IMG/VR virus record: IMGVR_UViG_3300042934_000547
Coordinates: 62,001-126,000 of that record
Length of the DNA: 64,000 bases
Direction: 5' to 3' (one strand)
The notes under the pieces are model-generated. The model saw only the letters and a list, made by a program, of their open reading frames with translations. It was not told where the DNA came from and made no database searches. Position numbers and translations under genes: made by a program. This document shows, one piece after another, positions 39,359 through 48,558 of the stretch (within the stretch, counting starts at the first letter, position 1; the number at the start of each line of letters is the position of its first letter).

Positions 39359-40477
39359 TCATTTTCCTATGTCTAAGTTTTGCCATTTGGTTATTTGTTC
39401 CCTCGGAACATTAAACAATTTCGATAGTTCAGTTTGGGAAATATTACATTCCGTTGATACTTTAATACTTTTAGCTAATTCATCTAATTTTATGTCTATA
39501 TACTTTTCAATTTCTAATTTATGCCTCAACATGAAGTCACCTAGCTCCAAAGGTGTGTCATTAATAAATTTAACACCAAATTGTTCTAATGCTACGAAAA
39601 TTTGAAATTCTGAAATCTTAATATATTTAGATAGAATCGATAGTTTATAACCCTCATTAATATATTTATCTAATATAAAATTAAGTTCAGGTTTTGCTAT
39701 TTCAATTCTATTAAATAATTTAAGAATTGAACTTATTCCTTCATAACACTTTTCAAAATCATCACTAGATGCTGTCACACGTTTATATATCTCTCTATTA
39801 TCAAGATTCTTATATAATCCATATCTAAACATTTTTTGTTGTTTAATTAGATTTATATCAGCTAGACGAACTATTCTTTCCATCGTTGTATTAGATATCG
39901 TACATTCTTTACATATGCAATTAGGTGGATAACATACAAGTCGTAATTTAATTACATTAAACAATTTACTTGGTTCCATTTCAAATCGTTCACGACAACT
40001 TCCATTATGAACCTTCGTTAATAGTAACTTATATTTATCTATTAAAGTTAATTCAGGATTACCAAGACATTTATCAACAGCTTGATTATAGGTGATACCT
40101 GCGTCTTCCATAATCTTTATTACTAATTTGTATAGATTTTCCTCAATATTATACCTATTTGGAAGTATATCATTCTTTTGAAATAAATATCTAAATGCTG
40201 ATAATTTTATTTTGTACTTTTTTGCAATTTCTTCAATGCTTTTATTTGGGCAATGATAGTATTCTTTTATTGCTTCTAGAAGATTACTGATGTCTTTATT
40301 ATCCATCTTCTCGATTGTAGTTTTTGCACGGGATGGTTTAATATTATTATCCCGTAATACTCTATAAATATAAGATTCGGATACCTTATATTTATTTCTG
40401 ATATAACTTAGTGGTTTATTCTCCCGATAATCTCTCACAATGAATTCATCATTATAATTACTCATACATGCAGCCAT
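39359..40477 (-). CDS. Multi helix-turn-helix DNA-binding protein, 372 aa
   Basis: Several HTH-like units (LSYIRNKYKVSESYIYRVL, IEEIAKKYKIKLSAFRYLF, LSILSKYIKISEFQIF, QTELSKLFNVPREQITKW). Confidence 0.6.
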   Translation of the reverse strand: MAACMSNYNDEFIVRDYRENKPLSYIRNKYKVSESYIYRVLRDNNIKPSRAKTTIEKMDNKDISNLLEAIKEYYHCPNKSIEEIAKKYKIKLSAFRYLFQKNDILPNRYNIEENLYKLVIKIMEDAGITYNQAVDKCLGNPELTLIDKYKLLLTKVHNGSCRERFEMEPSKLFNVIKLRLVCYPPNCICKECTISNTTMERIVRLADINLIKQQKMFRYGLYKNLDNREIYKRVTASSDDFEKCYEGISSILKLFNRIEIAKPELNFILDKYINEGYKLSILSKYIKISEFQIFVALEQFGVKFINDTPLELGDFMLRHKLEIEKYIDIKLDELAKSIKVSTECNISQTELSKLFNVPREQITKWQNLDIGK

Positions 40478-40489
40478 AATAATTTCTCC

Positions 40490-43105
40490 TTATAGATCAA
40501 AATAACTCCAAATGACATTCCCCTGTAGTCTATCCCCTTTATGTGATAGTTCAATAATAGCTCCGTCATCAGTGTTATACTCAGTATTATGAGATATTAC
40601 AAAAAGCTGTTCTACTCCAAGAATATCCATTTCTCTGTTTATTACTTCAATAAGGTTACGTCTATTATAACTATCTAACTCTGCATCTACTTCATCCATT
40701 CCAATGATATTATATTTAGATGATGAATGGTGCATTAACGCAAATGACATCGTTGAGCCAATAATAGCTCTTTGACCCGATGACATATGTGAGACATCAT
40801 CTATTAATAACCCAGAGCCTATACATGGTATTTTGAATTCATTTTCATTAACAATGCATTTTTGTAATGAATATTCCCCATCTAGTACATACTGAAGTAA
40901 TTCGTTACACATGGATATAACCTTATGCATATATAATTCTATGAATGCAACCTGAATACCATCCTTAGAGGGATTACTGTATTTCTTAAATGTCTCTAAT
41001 TTTGAATACTTAGCCATGAATTCTGAGTACTGTAATTCATACTCAGCCTTTGACTGTAAAGCATGATTTATTTTGTATATATTATTATCTAAAGTAGTCA
41101 GCATATTACGCAAATTATTGTTTGTATTCAGAATATGATTGATTTGAGCATCATAATCTGATATCTGTAGGAATTCAGTTTCCATCAATTTGCGTTTATT
41201 TGATAACTCCTCGATGTCTCTATTGTTGTTGTTAATTATAGTCAAACTGTCTAGAGCCTGCGTATTAAATGAGATATCAAAATTTAATTTTTGTTCCTTA
41301 TTTTTATTAAATTTCAATTCATCTGTTCTTTGATTGAATAATATAGTTTGATTTCTAATATCAGTTTCTAAATCAGTAATCATCTGTTCATTATAGCTCA
41401 TAGATTGCATTTTGGATACATAATCATCATAAGCTATCTTCTTTGAATTGAATTCATCTATCAATGATGAAATATCAATTACACGCTGGATTGCATCTGT
41501 ATAAGTGATATGATTACGCATATATCCTATAGCATCATAGATTGTTTCAATACATTTTAATCCAAATGCTGGTAAATCACGACTATTCATATACATAGCT
41601 CTAAATATGTCGTGTAACATCTGTTGAGCTTTCATATAGGTATATGATTGCTCCCTTTGTTGTTCTATATTAAAATACTGGGACTCCAATTGTTTATAAA
41701 TACCAATATATCTCTGTATTTCATTAGTTGGTAAATTAACCTTAGAGAGTTTCAATATAAATGGACACGATAGCTTACAATCTTTTGGCTTCTCATTTAA
41801 TAATTCTAATTTAGCTTCCAATTCCTCTAATGAATATGGAATATTAGCTTTATCATTTTCATATTGGGATATCAATTTATCTATGCTAAAATCCTTCTCA
41901 GGATTGTTAAATAATTCTTCCATGAGGTTTACTGAAAATGATGAATTGAATACATCTATCCTATTATCAATATCTAAGAATATATTATATAACCCGATTA
42001 ATTTATCTGTATCCATACGACTATTATAATCATAGCCGACAGATTCGAATATTGATATTGTATCATTTATCCATTCAGTCAATTTGTCCATGTTATTTCT
42101 CATATCAACTAAACTCTCATCAGAGTTTAACATCTTTTGACTGTTCAAACTGTTTAACATTTCTTGTTTACTATCTATAATACTTTTAATTCGGATTGTT
42201 TCCTGTGTAAGTTCATTTAATAATGATTGAGTTTGTGTTAACTCTATAGTCATTATGCCAATATTTTCAGCGATAGAACCTACATTTACATTCTTTAATC
42301 CACTTATTGATTTAAGTTTTTCATCATTAATATTATTCAAGAATAATATCTTATTAGCGATTTCTTGATATTTTTGTTTCGTTTCATAAGCATTAAGACT
42401 ATCTATCTTTGATTTTATCTCTCCGAGTGTGATAGCATTGGTTTCAATCTTTTTATTGATATCATCCTTCTCTAACATATAACGTTTTAAATCAGCTTCT
42501 AATAACTCTGGATTCCCAAGATGTTGTAATTTTAATGATATTTGATTTAGCATTGAATTATAATTTGAGCTACGCTTTACGAATGTTTTCTGCATAGTGT
42601 TATAATCAGCAACTTCATCTATTATAAAGGATACGTATCGTTTTCTTTCACTAGGGGTTTTAACTACCATACCTTTGTCTTCACATGATAATCTACATAA
42701 GGCTTCAAAATTACTATCGAGGTTAAACTCTAATGCCACTAATTCTTTATACGATGTCACATTACCATTTGCATTCAGTTCTACACCATTTTTTACAAAA
42801 TATGCTTTAGTGTTATCTCTGTCACCATTCCCTCTTACGAGGTATAGAATACGAATGTTGTATACATCATTTCCATCAATTATTCGCAACTGTTTTTCAC
42901 CATCGCATTTTTCAATGAAATTATTCTTATCATCTAATAACGGCGATAAAGCATTCAATAACGTTGATTTACCAGAACCATTATCTCCACGTATAAATAT
43001 CATTCGTTTCCCATGTCTATCTATATTATCAATCTTTACTTCTCTAAGTCCCATACCATTATAAAATGGAATAAAATTCTTCATATAAAAATCAGTAATT
43101 CTCAT
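40490..43105 (-). CDS. sbcC: SbcC/Rad50-like SMC ATPase, 871 aa
   Basis: Walker A GDNGSGKST, long coiled coil with central C-x3-CP hook, signature SSGQR, Walker B/D-loop GMDEVDAELD, VISH. Confidence 0.9.
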   Translation of the reverse strand: MRITDFYMKNFIPFYNGMGLREVKIDNIDRHGKRMIFIRGDNGSGKSTLLNALSPLLDDKNNFIEKCDGEKQLRIIDGNDVYNIRILYLVRGNGDRDNTKAYFVKNGVELNANGNVTSYKELVALEFNLDSNFEALCRLSCEDKGMVVKTPSERKRYVSFIIDEVADYNTMQKTFVKRSSNYNSMLNQISLKLQHLGNPELLEADLKRYMLEKDDINKKIETNAITLGEIKSKIDSLNAYETKQKYQEIANKILFLNNINDEKLKSISGLKNVNVGSIAENIGIMTIELTQTQSLLNELTQETIRIKSIIDSKQEMLNSLNSQKMLNSDESLVDMRNNMDKLTEWINDTISIFESVGYDYNSRMDTDKLIGLYNIFLDIDNRIDVFNSSFSVNLMEELFNNPEKDFSIDKLISQYENDKANIPYSLEELEAKLELLNEKPKDCKLSCPFILKLSKVNLPTNEIQRYIGIYKQLESQYFNIEQQREQSYTYMKAQQMLHDIFRAMYMNSRDLPAFGLKCIETIYDAIGYMRNHITYTDAIQRVIDISSLIDEFNSKKIAYDDYVSKMQSMSYNEQMITDLETDIRNQTILFNQRTDELKFNKNKEQKLNFDISFNTQALDSLTIINNNNRDIEELSNKRKLMETEFLQISDYDAQINHILNTNNNLRNMLTTLDNNIYKINHALQSKAEYELQYSEFMAKYSKLETFKKYSNPSKDGIQVAFIELYMHKVISMCNELLQYVLDGEYSLQKCIVNENEFKIPCIGSGLLIDDVSHMSSGQRAIIGSTMSFALMHHSSSKYNIIGMDEVDAELDSYNRRNLIEVINREMDILGVEQLFVISHNTEYNTDDGAIIELSHKGDRLQGNVIWSYFDL

Positions 43106-43121
43106 AATAATCCTCCACCTC

Positions 43122-43133
43122 TACTGTAATGTC
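43122..43133 (-). promoter_or_regulatory. Late-type promoter for sbcC
   Basis: Minus strand GACATTACAGTA upstream of RBS GAGGTGGAGG. Confidence 0.5.
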
Positions 43134-43160
43134 GCCATAAGATTGAAAAAATAAAAAGAT

Positions 43161-43184
43161 AGAGATGGGGTTAATCCCATCTCT
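43161..43184 (-). terminator. Intrinsic terminator
   Basis: AGAGATGGG-ATTAAC-CCCATCTCT then ATCTTTTTATTTTTT. Confidence 0.75.
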
Positions 43185-43436
43185 TTATTCTATAATCTCA
43201 ACATCCTGATATTTCATCTTACTTGGATAACCAGATGCTACCACAATAGAATCTTGATTAATGAAATCTAAATCGTAACGTTTTTCAGTAAAATTTCTAG
43301 TCTTACCTTTATGCACAACCCAACCAGCTTTATAAATACGACCCATGCTCTTTTCTAGTGTACTACGGCTATTGAATTGGGTTGCTGAATATATGAAATA
43401 CGTTAACTTTTCTTCCTGATTATTCATCATTAACAC
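43185..43436 (-). CDS. Hypothetical protein, 83 aa
   Basis: ORF with RBS GGGAG, flanked by terminators. Confidence 0.6.
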   Translation of the reverse strand: MLMMNNQEEKLTYFIYSATQFNSRSTLEKSMGRIYKAGWVVHKGKTRNFTEKRYDLDFINQDSIVVASGYPSKMKYQDVEIIE

Positions 43437-43462
43437 TCCCGTTTATAATTGTATAGTAGAAA

Positions 43463-43490
43463 AAATAAAGGAGAATTATCTCCTTTATTT
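43463..43490 (-). terminator. Intrinsic terminator after the RNAP beta operon
   Basis: AAATAAAGGAGA-TAAT-TCTCCTTTATTT followed by TT. Confidence 0.7.
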
Positions 43491-43658
43491 CTGTTCAATA
43501 TTAGATTCCTTTGATAGTTCTTCATTAGTTCTATTTAATGCTGATTCCTTAACAAACTGAGTGATTTTTGATATATGATAATTACTACCTACGCCACCAC
43601 ATCCAACTATCAATATTTTTCTGTTGTGCGATTTATCTATATCATTATTCTGACTCAT
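43485..43658 (-). CDS. Short ORF with a ThiF/E1-like GxGxxG motif (57 aa), possibly a gene remnant
   Basis: MSQNNDIDKSHNRKILIVGCGGVGSNY...; overlaps the end of the RNAP gene. Confidence 0.4.
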   Translation of the reverse strand: MSQNNDIDKSHNRKILIVGCGGVGSNYHISKITQFVKESALNRTNEELSKESNIEQK

Positions 43659-45417
43659 GTGTCTCTTCCATATATTCAGGTCTCTTAATCGGTTTACCAT
43701 ATGATGGAATCTCAACATTTTTGTACATACGAGTTACTGGTATCAGAGTTCGTTCAACTCCATAGTGCTCATCGAGTAGATGGTTCCATTCATCATAGAA
43801 TAATGAATCCAACCTGACTCCCACTTTAGTGTCATCCCTAAACGGATTTGGTTCGGTTTTTATTGAATCGAAATATTTGGATAATAAATCTTCCATATTT
43901 TCAAACCAAAAGTTTGGTTCTTTATATGAAGCAAACCTACTCAAATCTATCATTGGAGTTAATGTACCTTGAATACCCGGAGTTTGATTATTAGTATTAG
44001 CCAAACCCAGTACACCCAAATGTGATGCCTTAAGTTGTTTGTATTTATCTGGTATCTTAGAACCCTTAGTAGAGCTATCAAGTCCTCCCGGTCCTTTAAA
44101 TGAATACTTAGCACCTAAGAATGTATCATGGTCATTTGAAATATTTTTATAGTTAATAATCGAACAGGTCTTTATTTCTCCTAATAGGAAGTCTGGTCGT
44201 ATATTAATATATTTCTTAATGTCATACATCGTTATAGCATTCTTCATGTCAGCAATCTTTCTTACATTTGTTGATAGCTTAACACCATACATCTGTGCTA
44301 TATACTCTTCGCATCTAAGTTTCTTAGTCGCTAAATCTAAGTTATCCTTAATCATCAGCTCACTGAATTCATATACAAGCCATCTAAGAATACAGTATAT
44401 ATTCTTTTTATACTCATATGGTAAATTACAAGCATCATAGATAGTTTTATCATACATACCCTCTAAAGACTCCAATACTTTCAAACCTTTTTCGAAAGTA
44501 TATTTTTGTGAGAAGTCTTTACCTAAGTTATCAACCCAGTTTTCTATTTTGAATAAATCATTATATTTAATTCCAGATTTAATTATACTGGCAATAAACG
44601 ATTGTAATTGTGGGTTATTGATAAATAGGTATATTGGTACTATGACATAATATCCCTTTGCCTTAAATGAATAAAAGTTTACTTTATCCGCATGAGGTTC
44701 ATCCGATAACACGAATGTTCCCTCTAGTCCTAAAAACTTAAGGGTATTTTGATACCCTATCTTAGCAAGAATGTAATTAAATGGATAAGCATCTTTACTA
44801 AATATATTCGATGTGAATAATGTAGTTTCAATTTGTTCTCCATTTGAATTAAGTTTACATTTTGTTCTGGTCATTATGAGTTTCATGAACGTACACTTGA
44901 GAATAACCACATCGTCTTTATCTTTCTTTGACATATTGTATGTGGTGTTCTCTATTATTTGAAATGAAGGAGCATAATATTTTCCCTTAATTCTGAAATA
45001 ATATTTACTCACAAATGTAGGTATGATAACATACGATGTATGTCGATCTCTCTCATCATTCCATTTATCATTACCAACACCGTATGTGTAATTAAGTGCT
45101 AATAATATCATATCTGTTGATTGTATATCATTATAATTGTAGATGTTGGTAAACATCTTTCGTTTAGCTTCATTTTTGATAAGCTTATCTTCATAATTAA
45201 ACAATATACGATTTATGGTATCCAAATTATCAATGATAGAAAAACTATCCAAATGTAAATAAAATGAACATTGTCTCTCGCATGATTTCACTAGGTTAAT
45301 AATATATCTTATGATATTATACTCACTCTTATTGAATATCGTATCATTGAATACATCACAATTTTGTAATGTATACTCTTTCATCATCTCAAATTGATTA
45401 ATTGTCATTTCTAACAA
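43645..45417 (-). CDS. rpoB: Phage RNA polymerase beta N-terminal subunit (non-virion RNAP), 590 aa
   Basis: YFRIKGKYYAPSFQI (cf. FIINGxERVIVSQL) and YSFKGPGGL...HLGVLGLANTNNQTPGIQGTLTP (cf. HYGRxCPIETPEGPNIGL). Confidence 0.8.
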   Translation of the reverse strand: MLEMTINQFEMMKEYTLQNCDVFNDTIFNKSEYNIIRYIINLVKSCERQCSFYLHLDSFSIIDNLDTINRILFNYEDKLIKNEAKRKMFTNIYNYNDIQSTDMILLALNYTYGVGNDKWNDERDRHTSYVIIPTFVSKYYFRIKGKYYAPSFQIIENTTYNMSKKDKDDVVILKCTFMKLIMTRTKCKLNSNGEQIETTLFTSNIFSKDAYPFNYILAKIGYQNTLKFLGLEGTFVLSDEPHADKVNFYSFKAKGYYVIVPIYLFINNPQLQSFIASIIKSGIKYNDLFKIENWVDNLGKDFSQKYTFEKGLKVLESLEGMYDKTIYDACNLPYEYKKNIYCILRWLVYEFSELMIKDNLDLATKKLRCEEYIAQMYGVKLSTNVRKIADMKNAITMYDIKKYINIRPDFLLGEIKTCSIINYKNISNDHDTFLGAKYSFKGPGGLDSSTKGSKIPDKYKQLKASHLGVLGLANTNNQTPGIQGTLTPMIDLSRFASYKEPNFWFENMEDLLSKYFDSIKTEPNPFRDDTKVGVRLDSLFYDEWNHLLDEHYGVERTLIPVTRMYKNVEIPSYGKPIKRPEYMEETHESE

Positions 45418-45421
45418 CTCC

Positions 45422-46036
45422 TTATACTATGCGTCTACTAATTGATACACCATTACCCATCGGATTGGCAATATCGCCTTCTTTATCTGATAGTGTTATC
45501 TCTACTTGCAAATCAAACACATCACACCATGTTATTAAACGTTTAAGCGTAACATCGTCATCTTGTACGATAGAACGTTTATGATTGTTATATTTACCTT
45601 CCTCAAATCTATCCTGATAGCTGTCAAGAACAATTTGCTTTCTGTTTAGTGCTTCCCTGAATAGAGCCATAGTTGCGGTCGTATTCTGATTTATTTCACC
45701 AGCAAATACGTCACCAGAATCATTAGCTATTCTTATTTTTTGTTCTTCTGCAATTACATTTGTATTTTGTATAAAGTCTCTAATTGCGTAATCACTAAAG
45801 TTTACCACATTTTTCTTATGATATATCTCTTCGTCTTTTTTACTCGGTAAAATAGGTCTAAATACTGGTCCAGAACGATATATACCCGGTTGTTTACTAT
45901 CAGGTGAAACAATGGGTAGAATTAAGTCTCCATATTCTATACATATAGGTCTAGATGTATATTTATCAACTTCAGTAATATCAACAACATCAAATACTTG
46001 ACCGACATCGTTGATATTTAATATTGCCTTCTTCAT
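45422..46036 (-). CDS. Hypothetical protein with a C-terminal Cro/C1-like HTH, 204 aa
   Basis: YNNHKRSI...VTLKRLITWCDVFDLQVEITL; co-transcribed with the RNAP beta N gene. Confidence 0.55.
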   Translation of the reverse strand: MKKAILNINDVGQVFDVVDITEVDKYTSRPICIEYGDLILPIVSPDSKQPGIYRSGPVFRPILPSKKDEEIYHKKNVVNFSDYAIRDFIQNTNVIAEEQKIRIANDSGDVFAGEINQNTTATMALFREALNRKQIVLDSYQDRFEEGKYNNHKRSIVQDDDVTLKRLITWCDVFDLQVEITLSDKEGDIANPMGNGVSISRRIV

Positions 46037-46100
46037 CTTGTTTCCTCCTAAAAAATAATATAATAGGATATAGCCATAACAGCTATATCCTAGTAATTAT

Positions 46101-46703
46101 TTATTTTTCATTCGCTTTGTCATCTTTAAGCAGTCTTTTGATATCTGCATCAACTTCAAATGCGAATACCTTTTCATCATTTTCTATTGCTACTCTAGCA
46201 GTAAAGAATCCTGCTAACTCTAATGCTGCTGTGTCTTTCTTATCAGCATTCTTGTCCAACCATTTGTAAATTGTTTTGATTAATGTAATTGTAAGTGATC
46301 TAACAGCTGCAACTCCGTCGAATGAGAAATTACCAACTGTGTTTGCATTCATGCACATAACTTCTGTGAATAGGTCATCTCTATGGCTGATTACTAAATC
46401 GCCATCGTCGATATCCTTTTCATCTGTCAAGAACTCAACATTGATGTTATCGCTTACTTCATTTTCATCAAAGAATATTCTAGCTCCAAGTAAGAACTGT
46501 TCTTTGATGTTATCAAATCTTAATACTACCGGCTGCTTCTTATTTTTCTTATTTTGTAGGAATGATACTATTGATACGAATAATGTCTTTGCCATGTCCT
46601 CGCATAAATTGATATCATTCTCAATTCCTTGATATCCAGAAGCCATTAAAGCTGCTAGGTAATCTTGTGACATTGAACTTTCATTAAATTTTGTTACAAC
46701 CAT
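46101..46703 (-). CDS. Hypothetical protein, 200 aa
   Basis: RBS AGGAGG; first gene after an early promoter. Confidence 0.7.
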   Translation of the reverse strand: MVVTKFNESSMSQDYLAALMASGYQGIENDINLCEDMAKTLFVSIVSFLQNKKNKKQPVVLRFDNIKEQFLLGARIFFDENEVSDNINVEFLTDEKDIDDGDLVISHRDDLFTEVMCMNANTVGNFSFDGVAAVRSLTITLIKTIYKWLDKNADKKDTAALELAGFFTARVAIENDEKVFAFEVDADIKRLLKDDKANEK

Positions 46704-46756
46704 TTTGTTGTTTCCTCCTAAAATTTTAATATTTTGTAAGTATATTTATTTCATGA

Positions 46757-46782
46757 TTCATAAGTATAATATATACTTATAA
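46757..46782 (-). promoter_or_regulatory. Early-type phage promoter
   Basis: TTATAAGTATATATTATA-CTTA-TGAA. Confidence 0.7.
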
Positions 46783-46832
46783 TCATTTTTAATTCTATAT
46801 GGATGTCCTATTGATATTAATAAAAAATAAAT

Positions 46833-46857
46833 ATAGGGATGATTAACTCATCCCTAT
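46833..46857 (-). terminator. Intrinsic terminator
   Basis: ATAGGGATGA-GTTAA-TCATCCCTAT then ATTTATTTTTT. Confidence 0.75.
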
Positions 46858-46861
46858 GTAT

Positions 46862-48421
46862 TTATGCACTTACATACTGCACTAATTTAACTATAGCATT
46901 GTGATTATATTGCCAATCACGGTCACCTTTTCGTTCTCTGAAGTTGAGTTCTACTATATCATTAATCAACTTATTAGAATCGGAACACGCTTTGTATATC
47001 TTTCGCAACACAACAAACAATTTGTTATTCTTGTTATCGATAATATTATCAAGTGCATTTCCGGTATAGAATTTAACATCACGTAACCTTAGTATACACT
47101 CACTTTCTTCTGGTGTTAATGTAACATAACCAAATATTTCTTTAACTTGTGAACGTAACAATTGGTGTTGTGATTTACCATTTGTAACAACCACTGGTTC
47201 AGGTTCTTTTGTTTCTTTCTCTTGAGTTGGCTGTTCTGTTTTTGGATCACTGGTTAATGTTTTTATATACAACTTCATTTCTCTTTCGAGATTGCCAACT
47301 ATAATGCTGTAAAGCTGTTTGAACTCATCATTGCTGATTGAAGTTTTCAACTCCTTTACCTCAACAAAGAATGCCTGAATAGTTTCTATTGTCTCATCAT
47401 CAGACATGTCAGAGTCGTATACATTACTCAAGAATGCTTTTACTATTGGAATAAGTGTAGTCACCAATTCAAAAACATTTTCAAATTCCGAATGATTATA
47501 GATTACACCCTCTTTAATCTTACCGTTAGCATATCCTTGTATTTGATTAAGGATAGTTTTATAAGTTCCGGAGAATTTATTCTTTGACATGCTGTTTGAA
47601 AGTTTAGTGAATGTTGATCTGATATAATCAATCAATTCATTTTGAACCATCTGTGTATCATCTAAGTCAATCTGTGAAATCTGTTCTATTGCAGATTTTA
47701 TAGGATTTAGAATTTCTTCGGTTTCCACTTCCGTTAAAGCAAGCGACTCGATATACTTAATTATCATCGGTAACCCTTTGTTTATAAAATCACTGTATTG
47801 AGCTCTAAATGAATTTTGATCACCTTCTGGAATCAGTAATGCTCGTTTACCATTCTCAATGACTTCTACATCATCTTCTGATAATACTTCCACATCGTCA
47901 GATGACTCAGACTCTTCTGTTTTGTAATCCGACATGCTATTGAAGACTCTTGTGACATCTTCTTTAATTAACACCTCTGGTAATTTACTACTATATTTGT
48001 CTTTCATAACGCCAATCAGTTCATTAAGAGATGACGTGAATTCGTTTTCATCTCTCAAAATTTCTAATGCGTCATCATTGTTTGCATATGACGATACAGC
48101 CTTCTCGATATCTTTACCCATTAACCATCGAGCTGAATCAATCTTTGCATCTGTTGTTAAATAATGTCCCTTAACACAGAATTCAAATAAGAACATGTCA
48201 ACACTACGTCCAGTGCGTTTTATAATATCAATACACTGTAACAATACTACGTATTGTTTTTGTCCATATTGGTCAATCCAATTTACATCATCACCAGTAA
48301 ATCCTCTTCTAGTCAAGAATTCTTTAATCTGAACAACACTTTCCTTTGTAAATTTCAGATTCTTTTCCAGCATTATACCTAATCCTCTAATACTTCTATA
48401 ACCTTTTTTATTTTCGCTCAT
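46862..48421 (-). CDS. Hypothetical acidic, mostly helical protein, 519 aa
   Basis: Monocistronic: early promoter, structured leader, RBS AGGAGG, terminator; no motif recognised. Confidence 0.75.
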   Translation of the reverse strand: MSENKKGYRSIRGLGIMLEKNLKFTKESVVQIKEFLTRRGFTGDDVNWIDQYGQKQYVVLLQCIDIIKRTGRSVDMFLFEFCVKGHYLTTDAKIDSARWLMGKDIEKAVSSYANNDDALEILRDENEFTSSLNELIGVMKDKYSSKLPEVLIKEDVTRVFNSMSDYKTEESESSDDVEVLSEDDVEVIENGKRALLIPEGDQNSFRAQYSDFINKGLPMIIKYIESLALTEVETEEILNPIKSAIEQISQIDLDDTQMVQNELIDYIRSTFTKLSNSMSKNKFSGTYKTILNQIQGYANGKIKEGVIYNHSEFENVFELVTTLIPIVKAFLSNVYDSDMSDDETIETIQAFFVEVKELKTSISNDEFKQLYSIIVGNLEREMKLYIKTLTSDPKTEQPTQEKETKEPEPVVVTNGKSQHQLLRSQVKEIFGYVTLTPEESECILRLRDVKFYTGNALDNIIDNKNNKLFVVLRKIYKACSDSNKLINDIVELNFRERKGDRDWQYNHNAIVKLVQYVSA

Positions 48422-48440
48422 TTTTTCCTCCTATGAGAAT

Positions 48441-48499
48441 CCTGCTTCTTATACGAAGAATAGCTATGCAGGTTGATGCATCCAACTAAGGATGCATCA
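48441..48499 (-). promoter_or_regulatory. Structured 5' leader (two hairpins)
   Basis: TGATGCATCC-TTAGTT-GGATGCATCA (48474-48499) and CCTGC...GCAGG enclosing TTCTT/AAGAA (48441-48472), just before the RBS. Confidence 0.5.
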
Positions 48500-48522
48500 T
48501 AGATTTTTTATATTTTTTGCTA

Positions 48523-48548
48523 TTCATAATTATAATATATACTTGAAA
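48523..48548 (-). promoter_or_regulatory. Early-type phage promoter
   Basis: TTTCAAGTATATATTATA-ATTA-TGAA. Confidence 0.75.
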
Positions 48549-48558
48549 TCATCAATTT

